Shown here: positions 1-14,986 of the stretch, piece by piece | How the letters are laid out: each line of letters begins with the position of its first letter | Position numbering within the stretch: the first letter of the stretch is position 1 | DNA from: Octopus vulgaris | Lineage: Eukaryota | Direction of reading: 5' to 3' | NCBI GenBank assembly: GCA_951406725.2 | Contig: OX597832.1 | Span: 67,332,001-67,396,000, forward strand | Length of the DNA stretch: 64,000 bases | Notes under the pieces: model-generated | Databases searched by the model: none | The model's input: only the letters and a program-made list of their open reading frames with translations | Told to the model about the DNA's origin: nothing | Translations under genes and position numbers: made by a program

Positions 1-1206
1 TTTAAAGTATTTCTCTTATTGAAGTAATGCATCAGCCCTGGCACGTTTTCTACAGTTCGAAGTAGTCCTGGAGTTCTTGGGATATGAAGCCTTTTAAAGC
101 CTCCATCGTTCTTTCCGCATCAGCAAAAGCTCATCCTTTATGGACTTCTTTTCATTCGCGAGTAAGGGAGCAAGATTAGATGAATAGGGTGGATGGGTAA
201 ACGGGGTCATGCCATTTTTGGTCAAAAATTTCTCAGACTCAAGGTGGGGTACGTAAGCGCATTGCCGTGATGAAACAAACACTATCCGTTACGTTTACGG
301 GTCGTTTTCATCTCGTTGTATCTCGCAAATGTTTCAGAACTACCAAATAAAATGTTTGACCAGGATTAACAAATACTATATGGACAATTCCTTTCACATT
401 TATGAAACAAACCAGAATCCTCTGAACGTTGGACTTCACTTGATACACTTTTGTGGAGGCGTGGTGACATTGGATGCTTTCATTGACTTGATTGCTGCTT
501 CGTTTCTGGATCGTAGCCGAAGCACAGCTTTCAAATGAATGATGACCTTCGAAAGAAGGTTCGGATAAACTCCCGACTGTTCTTTCAGTGTACGATATGC
601 ATTTAGTTGTGAAGGCTCTTGATATTCCTTGAACAACTGACACACAATTTTTTCTGCAACTCTTTTCATTCGCAATTTCTCGCACAAAATTGGTTGAGAA
701 GAGTTCCAGGACACACCAATTATATCAACAAATTCGTCAACTGTTCGGCAACTGTCCTCCAAGATCAATTCAGGAATTTTTCTGATGTTTCCACTCGGTT
801 GTGAGGTCGACAACCGCCCTGAACGAGGTTGATCCTCAACCGGCAAATGACTATTCCTGGTGTGAAAGCCACGCGTAACTTGTGTTTTGCTGGTGGAAGT
901 GTCCTTGTAATCTGCTTCAAGCACGAGAATGAACTCTTTCAGCCGATATTTTCCCCAGCAGAAAACAGAATTTCTCGGAGGTATGCTTTCTCTTTCTTTC
1001 AGCCATCGCAAAAATCGACGAATAGGGGAGAAACACTGCAAAACAAAGACGCACCCCATATAAGTATGAACTTATTCGGTGTTGCCGGTTGGTAGACTGA
1101 AGCCTGAGGGTCGCATCATGTGACTTTTAGCGGTAGAAGCCTGAACCACAACGGGTATTGGCCCACGGATGCCGCATTGGCTTAGTTTTGTGTACCCCAC
1201 CTCCCG
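1..1206 (-). mobile_element. Decayed mariner DNA transposon (frameshifted transposase)
   Basis: Minus-strand frames give VEDQPRSGRLST, ILEDSCRTVDE, LRMKRVAEKIV and HPPYSSNLAP (YSPDLAP motif). Mariner-like end CACCTCCCG-TA at ~1198-1208. The other end probably lies outside the window. Confidence 0.8.
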
Positions 1207-2727
1207 TATATGTAGATTTATCAAATATGTCTTTTCATTAACAAATGGTAATGTGTAATTTGAGGAGTATTTCGCTATGACTTCTCGTTTGTTTAGCAAC
1301 TACGTCAATGTTTTTCCATTCGTTCTAGACGTTAATTGACATAAAGAAGGAGAAGAAACACATTTACTGGCACTCGCTCCTTTGACTGACGCTATCACAG
1401 CCTCTATCATGAGGAGGCTTGCTTGGGATGTTGGTGATTTCATTTTCAACCCCACAGTGTGACACTCTGGCAAAATATCTTCCAACGAAACCGAGATCGA
1501 GTTGTTTTTTGACAGACTTGAACGGTAACTTTCTTTAGAATAACAACCTGCGTTTCATTTCTAAACAGGACTCAGATCTTTTGCCTCTTTCCTAAGCTGA
1601 TTCTTCGTTTCTTCACTTCGATTTTATTAACATTATTGGAATCACTATTAGATGCCGTGGGTACAACATATCCGCCTTTAAAGAGATAGCTAAATGAAGA
1701 AAATTTATTTGCAAAAGAAGAGAAAGGGAGAGAGAAAGAGAGAATGAAAATATTTTCAAGTGATCATATACTGAGTTCTTGATGCAAGTAGTCGTCAGTT
1801 TTGCCTCCTTTGTGCTGGGCAGTCCTCAGATATGTGAAGCAACTTACAGTGATTTGTTGAGGGAAATCATAATTTCGATGGCAGGGAAGAGATCATTTCG
1901 ATGCCAGTTAAAGTTACTCATATTAATGCGTACGCTTTTGTATAACGTTGGAGATTTTGAATAATGGGATCGTTAATATATTTTGTAAAAAACAAAATGG
2001 AATGATCATGACTGGAACTCTTTTAATCTTATATCAACTTGAAGCGGACAGATTGCAGGTAAAAAGAAAATGAAATTCAAAAATAATCTGTTGATCAAAC
2101 ATCGCCGGCAATCATTCAAAAGCGATTAACATTCATATATCAAACAACTTGAAATAATTTTCCTAATTATCTTGGAGTGTCACAAACGAGAAATATGACG
2201 AATATTTGTATTAATAAATACTATGATGTGAAAAACCTGCCACTTTTCATTAAGCTAATAGTTGATTAAATTGGTTTCCGTGGCATATTATTGTGACAAG
2301 GATGTTAAGTGATATTAAGGGCTCTGAACATAACAGAAATATTAGTTGATGATTTGGGAAAAACAGCAGCATCTATGTGGTTTCTGATAATGGATTGTAT
2401 GATAATAAAGAAGACGTTGGTAACAAGTGAGCCACTGCATATTTGTGTGCCGCAAATGCGTCTCGATTTTGCGTTACAAAGATCACTGAAGGTCTTTAGA
2501 TAAAGAGGAGATATTACTGAACTGCACTAGAAAATTTGTCTTCCTTTTAGGTAATGTGTAGGCTGTGCACCCTGTCTGTTTCGAAACAATTTCAGCATGC
2601 GTGGTTCTGTGTGTTGTTGGGTGTCGCATACATGCATACATACATACATACATACACATACATGTCTATTCACATATATACATATATATGTGCATATGTA
2701 CACATTTACTTATGTATATAATTGTAT

Positions 2728-2790
<63 letters not shown>

Positions 2791-3308
2791 ATAGGATTAG
2801 CTCGTATACGAGTAGGTATATATTTGTAAAAAATGAAGTTCGAAAATGCTGCTGTATTATACAATTTTTAATTTTTATATATACATTATAACATGTTTCA
2901 GTTCTTGAAATGAACCTTATCAAAAAAAGTTATATATAAAAAAAGACAGCTCATGCCGTCAAACACAAGAAATTCATTTATAATACACAACGGAGTCAGA
3001 CATCTTAGAGTTCATGTATAGTTGATATATAATTCATGTATAGTTGATATATAGTTTGAAGTATATGTTCAAAGTGTTCGATGCAGTGGCCCACGGTGGC
3101 GATACGTATTCAATACAAAAAACAGATCAAAGTGGTGGAAAGCGGTCAATACAGAAGATTGATGTTTCCGAAAGAGCGAGGAATTCATTTTTATCTTAAG
3201 CAATTGTGATTACCCATGGTGGATTTTCGCTGGGTGGTTCTAGTGGGTTTTGTGAAGTGCTCGGTTTTATAATGCCTGTTAGGTGGTCAATCCAGCGTAG
3301 CGTGACGT

Positions 3309-4345
3309 ATAGAGAAACTTGAGGAATTTAAAATACTATTAAATGGAATAAATGACAATATACAATTCACGATGGACCACAACGAAAAAGAATTACCATT
3401 TTTAGACAACCTCATTAAGAAAACCGGCAACAAAATAGAGACAGATATCTACTATAAACCGACAGACTCTAAACAGTACCTACCCTTTGATTCATGCCAC
3501 CCACGACACACTAGAATGAATGTCCCTTTTTGTTTAGCTAGAAGGATTTGCACCATAATATCAGACACAAACACCCGACACACACGTCTCCAGGAACTTA
3601 GAACCACACTCACAAGTAGAAACTATCCACAGCCCCTAATAGACAGTGCAATCCAACGGGTACTTAGATTAAGTATAGAAGACCTGAGACAAACAAAACC
3701 AAAAAAGAAAGAACAATTAAAAACCCTTCCCTACATCTCTACACACAACCCACTCAACAATGAGGCCTTCAACACCATACTAAAAAGCACAGCCCTACTA
3801 AAGGGAGACCCAAAGATGAACCGGATCCTCGAAACACACACCATCATTAAAAGTAAACGGCAACCAAAATCCTTGAAAAGGATTTTAACCCAAGCTACAT
3901 GCACTCAACATCAACCACAAAACCAGCAGTTAGAAAATGTGGAAGGCCCAACTGCGGAATCTGTGTCATCTTGAAAGAAGGATCAGAATTTATACTGGAA
4001 CAAGGCCACCAGTTCACCATTAGAACAAACTTCACCTGCGCATCAGAAAACTTAATTTAAGTCATAACATGCGCAGGCTGCAATAGGCAGTATATAGGCC
4101 ATACAAAAGATAGCTTACGTAACAGGATGGCGGTGCATAAATCACAAATTAGAAACCCTGATTACCGCAAAATACCGGTCAGCGGACACATAGATAGATG
4201 TGCTGGAAATGTAAATCCGAAATTTACAACTAACCCGCTCTATAAATTCAGTGACAACGCAACCTTCACACAACGCCAAAATAAAGAACTATATTTCATA
4301 AAAAAATTTAGACCAAGTTTAAACACCCTGGGCCAAGAATACTAA
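3309..4345 (+). pseudogene. Penelope RT C-terminus plus GIY-YIG endonuclease (frameshift near 3900, stop at ~4058)
   Basis: LPFLD, TDIYYKPTDSKQYLPFDSCHP (PLE RT end), then KCGRPNCGIC, FTCASENLI*VITCAGCNRQYIGHT..LRNRMAVH, VSGHIDRC and KELYFIKKF..SLN. Confidence 0.9.
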
Positions 4346-4512
4346 AACAAAAGATAAGTCCTCCGAAAAGGAGAAGCAAAATTCCACCACGGCCGCTACT
4401 TTAAACAGACACTCGCTCTGACGGAAATATGCCTTAGTAAAAAAGGGAAAAGAATTCTTTCGTGCAAATCTGACCCTGATACATACGATACAGCTAAGGG
4501 TCAGACCCGATT

Positions 4513-4886
4513 CTGATTGGTCAACAAGTTGATGACGTCTAGCTCTGCTAGAATGGACAGGATACAAACAGGGGACAGTCATTAGTCAGAATATTGATGA
4601 CGTCCTTTTCTGCTTGACTAGTCACCTAACAAGTACAGACAGGGGGCAGATCTAATGTAGCTATAAGTCGTGATTGGGCAGAATCTGGATGACGTCCCGT
4701 TCTGCTTGACTAACGAAGCGACTGGTCAAAACAGGAAACAAACAAGAGGCAGTTATAATGCAGCGATTGGTCAAAATAATGATGACGTCCCGTTCTGCTT
4801 GACTAAAGCCACCTAACGAAACGATTGGTCAAAACGTTGATGACATCACGCTACGCTGGATTGACCACCTAACAGGCATTATAAAA
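4513..4886 (+). promoter_or_regulatory. Tandem array of ATTGG (reverse CCAAT) + TGACGTC (CRE-like) modules followed by TATAAAA; putative Penelope pLTR promoter
   Basis: Five near-complete copies of GATTGGTCAA-N~5-TGATGACGTC (~4516, 4580, 4672, 4765, 4823), one partial copy (~4720), and TATAAAA at 4880-4886. Confidence 0.5.
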
Positions 4887-5222
4887 CCGAGCACTTCACA
4901 AAACCCACTAGAACCACCCAGCGAACATCCACCATGGGTCATCACAATTGCTTAAGGTAAAAATGAATTCCTCGCTCTTTCGGAAACATCAATCTTCTGT
5001 ATTGACCGCTTTCCACCACTTTGATCTGTTTTTTGTATTGAATACGTATCGCCACCGTGGGCCACTGCATCGAACACTTTGAACATATACTTCAAACTAT
5101 ATATCAACTATACATGAACTATATATCAACTATACATGAACACTAAGATGTCTGACTCCGTTGTGTATTATAAGTGAATTTCTTGTGTTTGACGGCATGA
5201 GCTGTCTTTTTTTATATATAAC

Positions 5223-5266
5223 TTTTTTTGATAAGGTTCATTTCAGGAACTGAAACATGTTATAAT
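5223..5266 (+). ncRNA. Minimal hammerhead-like motif, U3-A8 core variant (mirror copy on minus strand at ~2885-2927)
   Basis: UUGAUAA core, stem II GGUUC/GAACU, GAAA, palindromic stem III ACAUGU, GUU site. Stem I is weak. Confidence 0.5.
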
Positions 5267-5323
5267 GTATATATAAAAATTAAAAATTGTATAATACAGC
5301 AGCATTTTCGAACTTCATTTTTT

Positions 5324-5386
<63 letters not shown>

Positions 5387-5389
<3 letters not shown>

Positions 5390-7009
5390 TTACGGCCAAA
5401 ATGTTCAGAACGACATTGTTTTCGTCAGAAATGTAGATATAATTGTTTATCAAAGTTGTTTAATATTCTATAATTTTCACAGACAATAAATACAATATGA
5501 ATTGTTATTGTCGGGGATTTTGGTGTAATTTGAGAGGATAAACAAAAGTTATTGATGATTTATTGATTTACTGCAAAACCCATCGCGGTCAAACTGATCA
5601 GAACGGTTGAAGAAATAACAAAATAATCAAAAATGACAGGGAATACTGGAATTTTCTAAAACTTAGTGTAAAGCCCTTTAGCTTCAATCACACTCTGACA
5701 TCTTCGACTGCATGAGGAAATCAAATTTTCAATTTATTGCTGGGTGATCTTATTCCATTATTCTTGATGGGCATTCCATAATTGCTCAGTTGTTTTAAGG
5801 ATTTCTGGCTTTCGAACGTTCTCCTAAAATATTCCACACATTTTCTATAGGATTGAGATCTGGGCTTTGAGCAGGCCAATCCATAACAATAACCTTTTCA
5901 GCCTTGAGGAAGTTCATGACCACCTTAGCATTGTGACATGGAGCATTGTCCTGCATGAATATGGGTGGTCGCTTAGTTGAATTTCTCAGCACAGGCAAGA
6001 CATGATCTTTTACAAGTTGTTTATAAACTCCAGCATTTAACTTTCCATGTAATCGCACTAAAGAGCCCACACCATCTCCAGATATCATTCCCCAAACCAT
6101 GACACTTCCTCCAACGAATTTAACACTAGTCTTAAGGTATTTAGGCAACAATTTTTCACCTACTCTTCTACGAACGTACCTTTTCCCATCTGAGCCAAAT
6201 AGCATAAACTAAGATTCATCACTGAAATGCACCGTTTGCCATATATATATATTTGAGGCCACAACACATGTTCGGTTGCAAAGGTAAGATGACACTTTTT
6301 ATTCTTGGAGCTGATCAGTGGCTTCACTGCAGGTGCTCTTGCTTATAGGTCATGTTCAACTAAACGACGAGACACAGATTTTCGAGATAAAGTTTTCTTC
6401 AATACAATGTTCATTTTCCGAGAAACAGCTGCAGCAGTTTTAAATCTGTCCTTTTTAACCAACTTTACCATAGCACGATCTTCTCTCTTGGTCATTTTTC
6501 TTGGCCTACCTGTAAAATTTCTTGCTTCACACGAACCACAATCATCGTAGACCTTAAGAATACCGTGTACAACACTTTTTGACTTGTTAAAAATCTTTGC
6601 TATAGATCCAATACTTAAATTATCCTTCCTTCGAAGCTTAATAATCTGCTGACGGAGTAAGTGGCATTATATTAACAAAGTACACTGCAAATATTCTTAC
6701 TAATGTTTAGTAAACGAACCGTCACGTAAACAAATTCAAAACATTAGAGTTCGCCGGTTAAATATACTTAAACACGGAGTAAAAGCAACCGTTCTGATCA
6801 TTTTGGCCGCCATGGGTTTTTGCAGTAAATCACTAAATCATCCATAACTTTTGTATTATCCTCTCAAATTACACCAAAATCTCAGGCAATAACAAATAAT
6901 ATCGCATTTATTGTCTGTGAAAATTATAGAATATAAAACAACTTTGATAAAAAAGTATATCTATTTTCTGACGAAAACAATGCCGTTCTGAACATTTTAG
7001 CCGCAATTT
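5387..7009 (-). mobile_element. Tc1-family (DD34E) transposon with ~220-bp IR/DR-type TIRs, inserted in (TA)n
   Basis: TIR starts CAGTTACGGCCAAAATGTTCAGAACG; 5387-5607 matches the reverse complement of 6789-7009. An internal direct repeat CGGTCAAACTGATCAGAACG is present. TA flanks. Confidence 0.92.
5656..6667 (-). pseudogene. Tc1 transposase, disrupted
   Basis: HFSDES, GGSVMVWGMISGDG, FMQDNAPCH, WPAQSPDLNPIENVW and RCQSVIEAKGLYTKF*, with frameshifts and stops. Confidence 0.9.
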
Positions 7010-7573
7010 TATATATATATACCAACACGCCCTCACATGCACATACATACACATATATCAATATATCCATACACACCCGGACTCACTTGCACATACACAC
7101 ACTCTCCTAGAAACTGCCTCACACACACATACACATGCATGTATATTCTTTTAGAACAGATGATTTGAAATACCGCTTCCTCTGATCCCCAAAGAGTTCA
7201 GCTAATATTGTGACGTTGAAAGTTATTTGAAATATGCTGGCGTCTTCTAAAAGACATCTCATTATTCTCTCTCGGTTCCTGAGGGGCATGTTTTATTCGG
7301 TGACAAAACGTATCAGGAAATACTTCCAATGTAGTCTATATCCCATTCTCACGACACCGCAAATTTATATATATTTAGTATAGCTTGGGTGAAAGAAAAA
7401 TCAGATTCAAAATCACTGATCTATTGAGCAAAACTTAAATTGTAATTACTTAAATATTTGTTTCTTTTAATCTTTAAATATCCTGAAATTCCACCGCATT
7501 TGTTAATGGCTAAGGAGTATTACACAAGGAAGCTTTATGCATTGAAAACAAATAGTTCAAAATATTAGGTAGC

Positions 7574-7604
<31 letters not shown>

Positions 7605-7639
7605 ACCTTTCCATCTATCTAGATATATACATATATATA

Positions 7640-8228
7640 TACAAAATAAGAAAATGGAGGAATACATCCAAATCAAATATCAACTACCAGATAATACCCA
7701 ATCACATACTTTATTAAACCAATACATAAGAAACTTGAAGGTCAAACATAATAATATAGAACAAAACAGTGTACATAAAGGAGTAATATGATACAATAAG
7801 TACAATATGTATAAGTGAATATAAATATAAATAAATATAACTATATTTATATTTATATTTATTTATATTTATATTCTCTTATACATATTGTACTTATTGT
7901 ATCATATTACTCCTTTATGTACACTGTTTTGTTCTATATTATTATGTTTGACCTTCAAGTTTCTTATGTAGTGGTTTAATAAAGTATGTGATTGGATATT
8001 ATCTGGTAGTTGATATTTGATTTGGATGTATTTCTCCATTTTCTTTTTTGTATTATTAATTTCTGGTAAAACACTTTACCTTTGCCCATATAATACAGTA
8101 AATGAATTAATTGCATCGCAATTCTTAACATTTATGTATCAACTTTGTTGGGTACTTCACTAGCAGTATATTGGATATATATTATCCCATGGAGGGTTGC
8201 ATTTACAACCCCTGTCTCAATTTGTACA
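7640..8228. repeat. TA-flanked fold-back element (~200-bp arms across 7640-8052, plus ~175-bp one-sided extension)
   Basis: 7640-7839 is the reverse complement of ~7850-8052 with a ~10-nt loop and scattered mismatches. Confidence 0.85.
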
Positions 8229-8390
8229 TATATATATATATATATATAATCAATGAGCAGGAAGAAGAAAATGTTAGTTTAATGCTTAAATCTTAACGAA
8301 GATCGATAACATGGTAATAATTCTTAATCATAATTAAAATTGTGCATTCCGTGATTGAATAAAGGCATCATTAGATGAAGAACTAATATT

Positions 8391-8605
8391 GGTTTCAAAT
8401 TTTGGCACAAGGCCAGCAATTTCAGGGTGAAGGGTTAAGTCACTTACATCGACTCCAGTACTCAGCGGGTACATATTTTATCGACCACGAAAGAAAGAAA
8501 TGCAAAGTCGGCCTCGGCAGAATTTGAACTTAGAACATAAGGACAGACGAAACGCCACTAAGCATTTTGCCTGCTATGCTAAAGAACCTGGTAGCTAGCT
8601 CCCTT
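8391..8605 (-). mobile_element. tRNA-derived SINE, family A (central GCCTTTCATCCTTTCGGGGTCGATAAA-type domain)
   Basis: B-box AGTTCAAATTC on the minus strand. Homologous to several other copies in the window. Confidence 0.75.
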
Positions 8606-9740
8606 GTTGAAAGAGTAATATTAGCTACTACCTAATATTTTAGCATAGATCAGGACTTATACATTTAAGGACGCAAGTTCGAATCTGATGTTGTTTCGTT
8701 TGTCTTTACTTTGAATGTGATGTGTAAAAAATATCCTCCACAATTGTAAACTGTACTGTTTTTGGAAGGACACGTTGGAAACATCAGATCTAGAAATCTG
8801 ATGTTAGCAAAATGATGGGAAGGTCATAGATAGAAAGGAATTGATATTGGATGTGACTTGGGGGTTAAAACACCAAAATAAACAACAAAACCTACGTTGA
8901 TTTAATCACTTACATGCAGATATGCAAAGGGAAAGACAATATATTTCACATACAGAAAGTCCTCGACACAGTTGGGCGATCAATATCGTAATACAATTTC
9001 TCTTGTAGTATAGCATTTTCAACATAACACACTTGGTGAAATAGTTACTTAGTTTGTGTGAAAATCGATTAAATGTAACCAAAGAAGTAACAGTATATAT
9101 TGTGTTTCTTTTTTAAACAAATACTAGCGTTCAAGAGCCATTTTAGTTATTTAAATGCATACAAACAAAAAACGTGTTACAGTCACGTTTCGTTAATTTC
9201 TCTTATATCAAAATTTAGAGTATCAATTGCTACCTGCTTTCTCACAAAATTTCATTTCATCTCATGAAAATCAGTTACTGACCATATTTTAATTTTTTTT
9301 TCATTTCTATATAAATCTCCACTGTGTTCCTTCTTTTCATTTCTTCTATTCAGTTGATTTTCTTCGGCTTTTCTCATTTTTTTTATTCTGCATGTCGACA
9401 ATCTGAATTTTTGACATATACTATTGTTTGTTTTTCCTCACATTTTGTATTTTATATTTTGTCATACAAATAATCTTTTTATATTTTGTCATACAAATAA
9501 TACAAATAATAATAGTCATATTGATATGGAAAAGGTTATTGATATGAAATGTATACTAATGTTGCTATAATTTCCGTGGCTGGTAGCGCTGGCTTCCAAC
9601 TCTTGCCACATTGTTTGCTACTATGTATGTGTATTTTTTTCTCAAAATATCTTTCGAAAATATTTTGCTCATATTACAAACCTATTTAGAGTTTTGTTAA
9701 GTTAAGGTAGTTAATGTTTAGTGTAAAACATATTAAGTTA

Positions 9741-9785
<45 letters not shown>

Positions 9786-9797
9786 TGTGTGTGTGTG

Positions 9798-10226
9798 TTT
9801 CTTTATTAGCCACACAGGGCTGCACACAGACAGGACAAATTACAAGGTAGAGCTTTTCTTTTGGGGATAAAAAGGGGGTTTGGTTTTCGATCAATAGGGA
9901 TCGTTATCACAGAAATGTCAATATAAAGTGTAAAGGGGAGGACAGGTGAGGTTTACTCGTGGAAAGAGAAGCCCACGGAAAAGACCACGGTAACCTCGGT
10001 CAATGAAGTCACATGTTATATATTTTTTTTACAAATAAGCAACTCTCTATTAATTTTTACGGTTTATAGGATCATAGTCAAGGTGGCTTCGTCATTCATA
10101 CGTGCCATCCTTGCTACATTCACCCATCTTTTTGTAAAACATTCACTAGACAAAACTTTCCTCTCTACTCTCACTTTCCTCTTCAAGTGATACTTGAAGA
10201 AGTTGATGAGAGATTGACGGGAGAGG
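9798..10226 (-). mobile_element. 3' end of an L1/Tx1-like LINE
   Basis: Minus frame LSRQSLINFFKYHLKRKVRVERKVLSSECFTKRWVNVARMAR..* followed by a UTR ending AATAAAGAAA. Truncated at a TA repeat. Confidence 0.5.
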
Positions 10227-10864
10227 ATATATATATATATATATATGTATATGATAGAATGAAATTACACAAACATAAGGGAATGTATGTACATATATAG
10301 CTACTTATATATACATGTGTGTGGGAGTATATATGTATGTATTTGTATTTGTGTTTCAGAGTGTGTACTGCGAAGGTTATGCAGAAGGAACATTTAAATC
10401 TGGTGTGAAGTGAATAGAGTATAAAACGTAATATTGTTTTTGACAGAATGGTAGAATTTGTCGCAACTTTTCCGAAAACCAATATATAAGTTCACACAAT
10501 GGCATACCATTTGAGAAACGGACTGTATGCATCACTGTCGATTGCATCTAGTGTAAGTATTTATTTCATCGATCTCAGATAGATGAAAGGCAAGGATTAA
10601 AACACAGAAAATAAAACAACGCAATTAAACGCTGCAAGACAAAAGAATCTATTTTCCCCTCTCCTCTTTACTGTTATTCAGCGACTCTTCTTATTAGTGT
10701 TCATAATTACTTGTTAATTACTCTTCAAAGCTCTTTGTATATCGAAGCGTTCTTCTATATAGAAATGTCTCTTGTCCATAATTTAGTATATGACGAAGAA
10801 ATGAGGTAGAATGACTAAACGTCACCAAATTCTATATAAAATATTTACCGTGAATATATATAGA

Positions 10865-10927
<63 letters not shown>

Positions 10928-12389
10928 GTCATTTTCTTTCAGTCATTGGAGTGCGGCTTTGCTGGGCATCGTTTTTCAGGGTTTTAGTGAAACAAATCGA
11001 CCTCAGTGGAATTTGAACTCAGAAACTGAAGGTAGACAAAATGTTGCAAATGATTTTATCTGGCATGCTAACGATTCTTTCTCCTTACCCGCCTCTGAAG
11101 CAAAATATGTCAACTCACTTCCATATAAGGTTTATGGAGCTATTAGTCTAACGAATATGGGTATACATTTCTAGCCCTAACCATTTTGTCAGTATTCTAT
11201 GTTCTAGGAATCTGAATATACATTATTCAATGTAAGAACTAAGGAAGATTTGGCTACTAATTCTAGTAGGTCGATCGCTCAAGTTACGTTTGTGCTAATT
11301 GTACAGATTGTTTTGCTTTCAGTCGCTTATACACATATCTCACACGATACATACACATGAAAATAAAACGGACACAGGGGGCACACGCAGGGACAAACAC
11401 ACACAGAGGCACACGCACACAAGTACACACACAATTTACACAAATACACACTCCCACACATGATTTATTTATCAATTGTTACGTTTCAATAAATCAAAGC
11501 TTCTACATAAGGAATCACTCGTTAGACATCCCAACTTTAGACCCCGCTGTAGCAATATGGGTAATCTATTGCTTATTATCTTAATAGAAAATTGTTGCCA
11601 ACCTATGTTATCTAATTCTCATTTATCTCTATCAGTAGAAATATGAGGTACAATATTCACATTCACCACTAAATAGGGTTTTCAGTTGTTCACTTGCAAT
11701 GCTTTTGCAAGTGTAAAAGTAGTGCGATAGACTCCCGCAGAACCAAACATAAATAAATAAATAAATAAAAGTGATATATCATTTTTTTGTGTCTGCTTAT
11801 TTTTCTAATATCTTTTGTTTCTATTTTTTTATCTTAAAGTGTTTCATTATATTAGAATAGGAAACTGATGATACACTGAAAAGACACATATTTTAGATAT
11901 TGATGTTTTAATATAAATTATATATTGAATGCTGAATAGCGTGGGTATGTGGTCCAGTGTCGCTTACTTTCACCTGCGGTATCTCTGCATTAGTTCCGAA
12001 ATATACGGTTTTAATTCATTTGCCACCATTTAGCAGCTATAACACCTAGGCCAAACCAAGTAATCGTAAACTTCATAGTTATCTGTAGCAGTGTCCACTT
12101 GAATTAAACTGAGGTAAATTAACTCATAAACGGTGGGCGTTAGTGTAAAAATAGGCAAAAGTCAACTTACTACGAACACGTATTCTTCAAAATGACGTGA
12201 GAGTATTTTTGACTTCTTGGAAAACACTACTTAAAGGATCTGCCATAAAAACACGTTTTTGCGAAACGAAAACACTCTAATACTCAACTTGAATGATTTA
12301 TGGTAAGGTACAAATAAACAAATCGGAAATATTTCACATAGAATTAGTCACCGGTGAATCTAAATTTGTGCGAATCCATCACACAATAT

Positions 12390-12692
12390 TGATTTAAAAC
12401 TTTGGCACAACAGATGTTTACTTTATCGACTCCGAAACGATGCAAGCAAAATCGGCCCCAACAGCATTTGAACTCAAAAAGTACAATCGAAAGAAATGCC
12501 GCTGAGCATTCTGTACGGCATAGTAACGATTCCGAGAACTCACCACCTCATTCCAACATATGACAAATTCAGCCGAAATCGACTTTGCCTTTCATCCTTT
12601 TCAGATCGATAAGAAAAGTATCAGCTGAGCTCTGTAGTGAATTTAATCGACTTACTCCCTCCTCCGAAATTGTTGGCATTGTGCTAAAATTT
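12390..12692. mobile_element. Two divergent family-A SINE fragments (12390-12548 minus, 12565-12692 plus)
   Basis: TTGAACTC...ATGCCGCTGAGCATT for the minus copy and GACTTTGCCTTTCATCCTTT...GATAAG for the plus copy. Confidence 0.65.
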
Positions 12693-12764
12693 ACAACTAA
12701 TATTAACGGATTACTTGGCTTCATTTAGACCTGTTCAAAGTTAAATGAAAGAAAAAACATTTAA

Positions 12765-14389
<1,625 letters not shown>

Positions 14390-14986
14390 AAGGTCATTCT
14401 GCATGCTTTCAACGAATGTATAATTGAAATCACGCGTAAACGGTTCCTTTCACCAATGAGGAACGATTTGGTTGCTATTTCTTGCACGTCTTGTTACCCC
14501 GTAATAGGTATTTCGGGTTCTTTATCGCAAATAGCTGTTACGTTTTAGCAGTGAGTGCTAGAAATAGATGCCAAATCTTTGGAGGTAAGATACTTAGAAT
14601 GCACTCGAAAAAAGAATTGTAAAAGAAACTGTCACACGGATGTTACGAACGGGTCACTTACAAAATATTTACAGTATTTTTAAAGTTATTTTCACTTTTA
14701 AATATTTTGTAAATATGCCAAAATTCATTTTTGTAATGGTATTCACTTGAAAATAATTTTGAAAAAAAAAAGAATATTATATCTTTAAAGAAAGCTAAAA
14801 TATAAATACTAACTCTATAAAAAACTTGCATTTTTGAAATCACATTATCTTAAAAATATTTCTAAATGATTCAAATAATATAGAGCTGTACTTGTATAAC
14901 AAAAACAATTACAGCGTGGAAGATGCTTGTAAGCTATTTAAAAACACACAAAAACCGTTAGTTTCACTCCAAAGTTTGAATTTTGT

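Larger units (their letters stand above)
2790..5330 (+). mobile_element. 5'-truncated Penelope-like retroelement with ~490-bp inverted pseudo-LTRs, flanked by (TA)n
   Basis: About 2818-3306 is the reverse complement of about 4845-5330 with few mismatches. An RT C-terminus and GIY-YIG coding region lie between the arms. Confidence 0.92.

Noticed and set aside
4513-4860. CRISPR-like repeat/spacer appearance
   Set aside because: Eukaryotic context, degenerate repeats, mutually related spacers and no cas genes.
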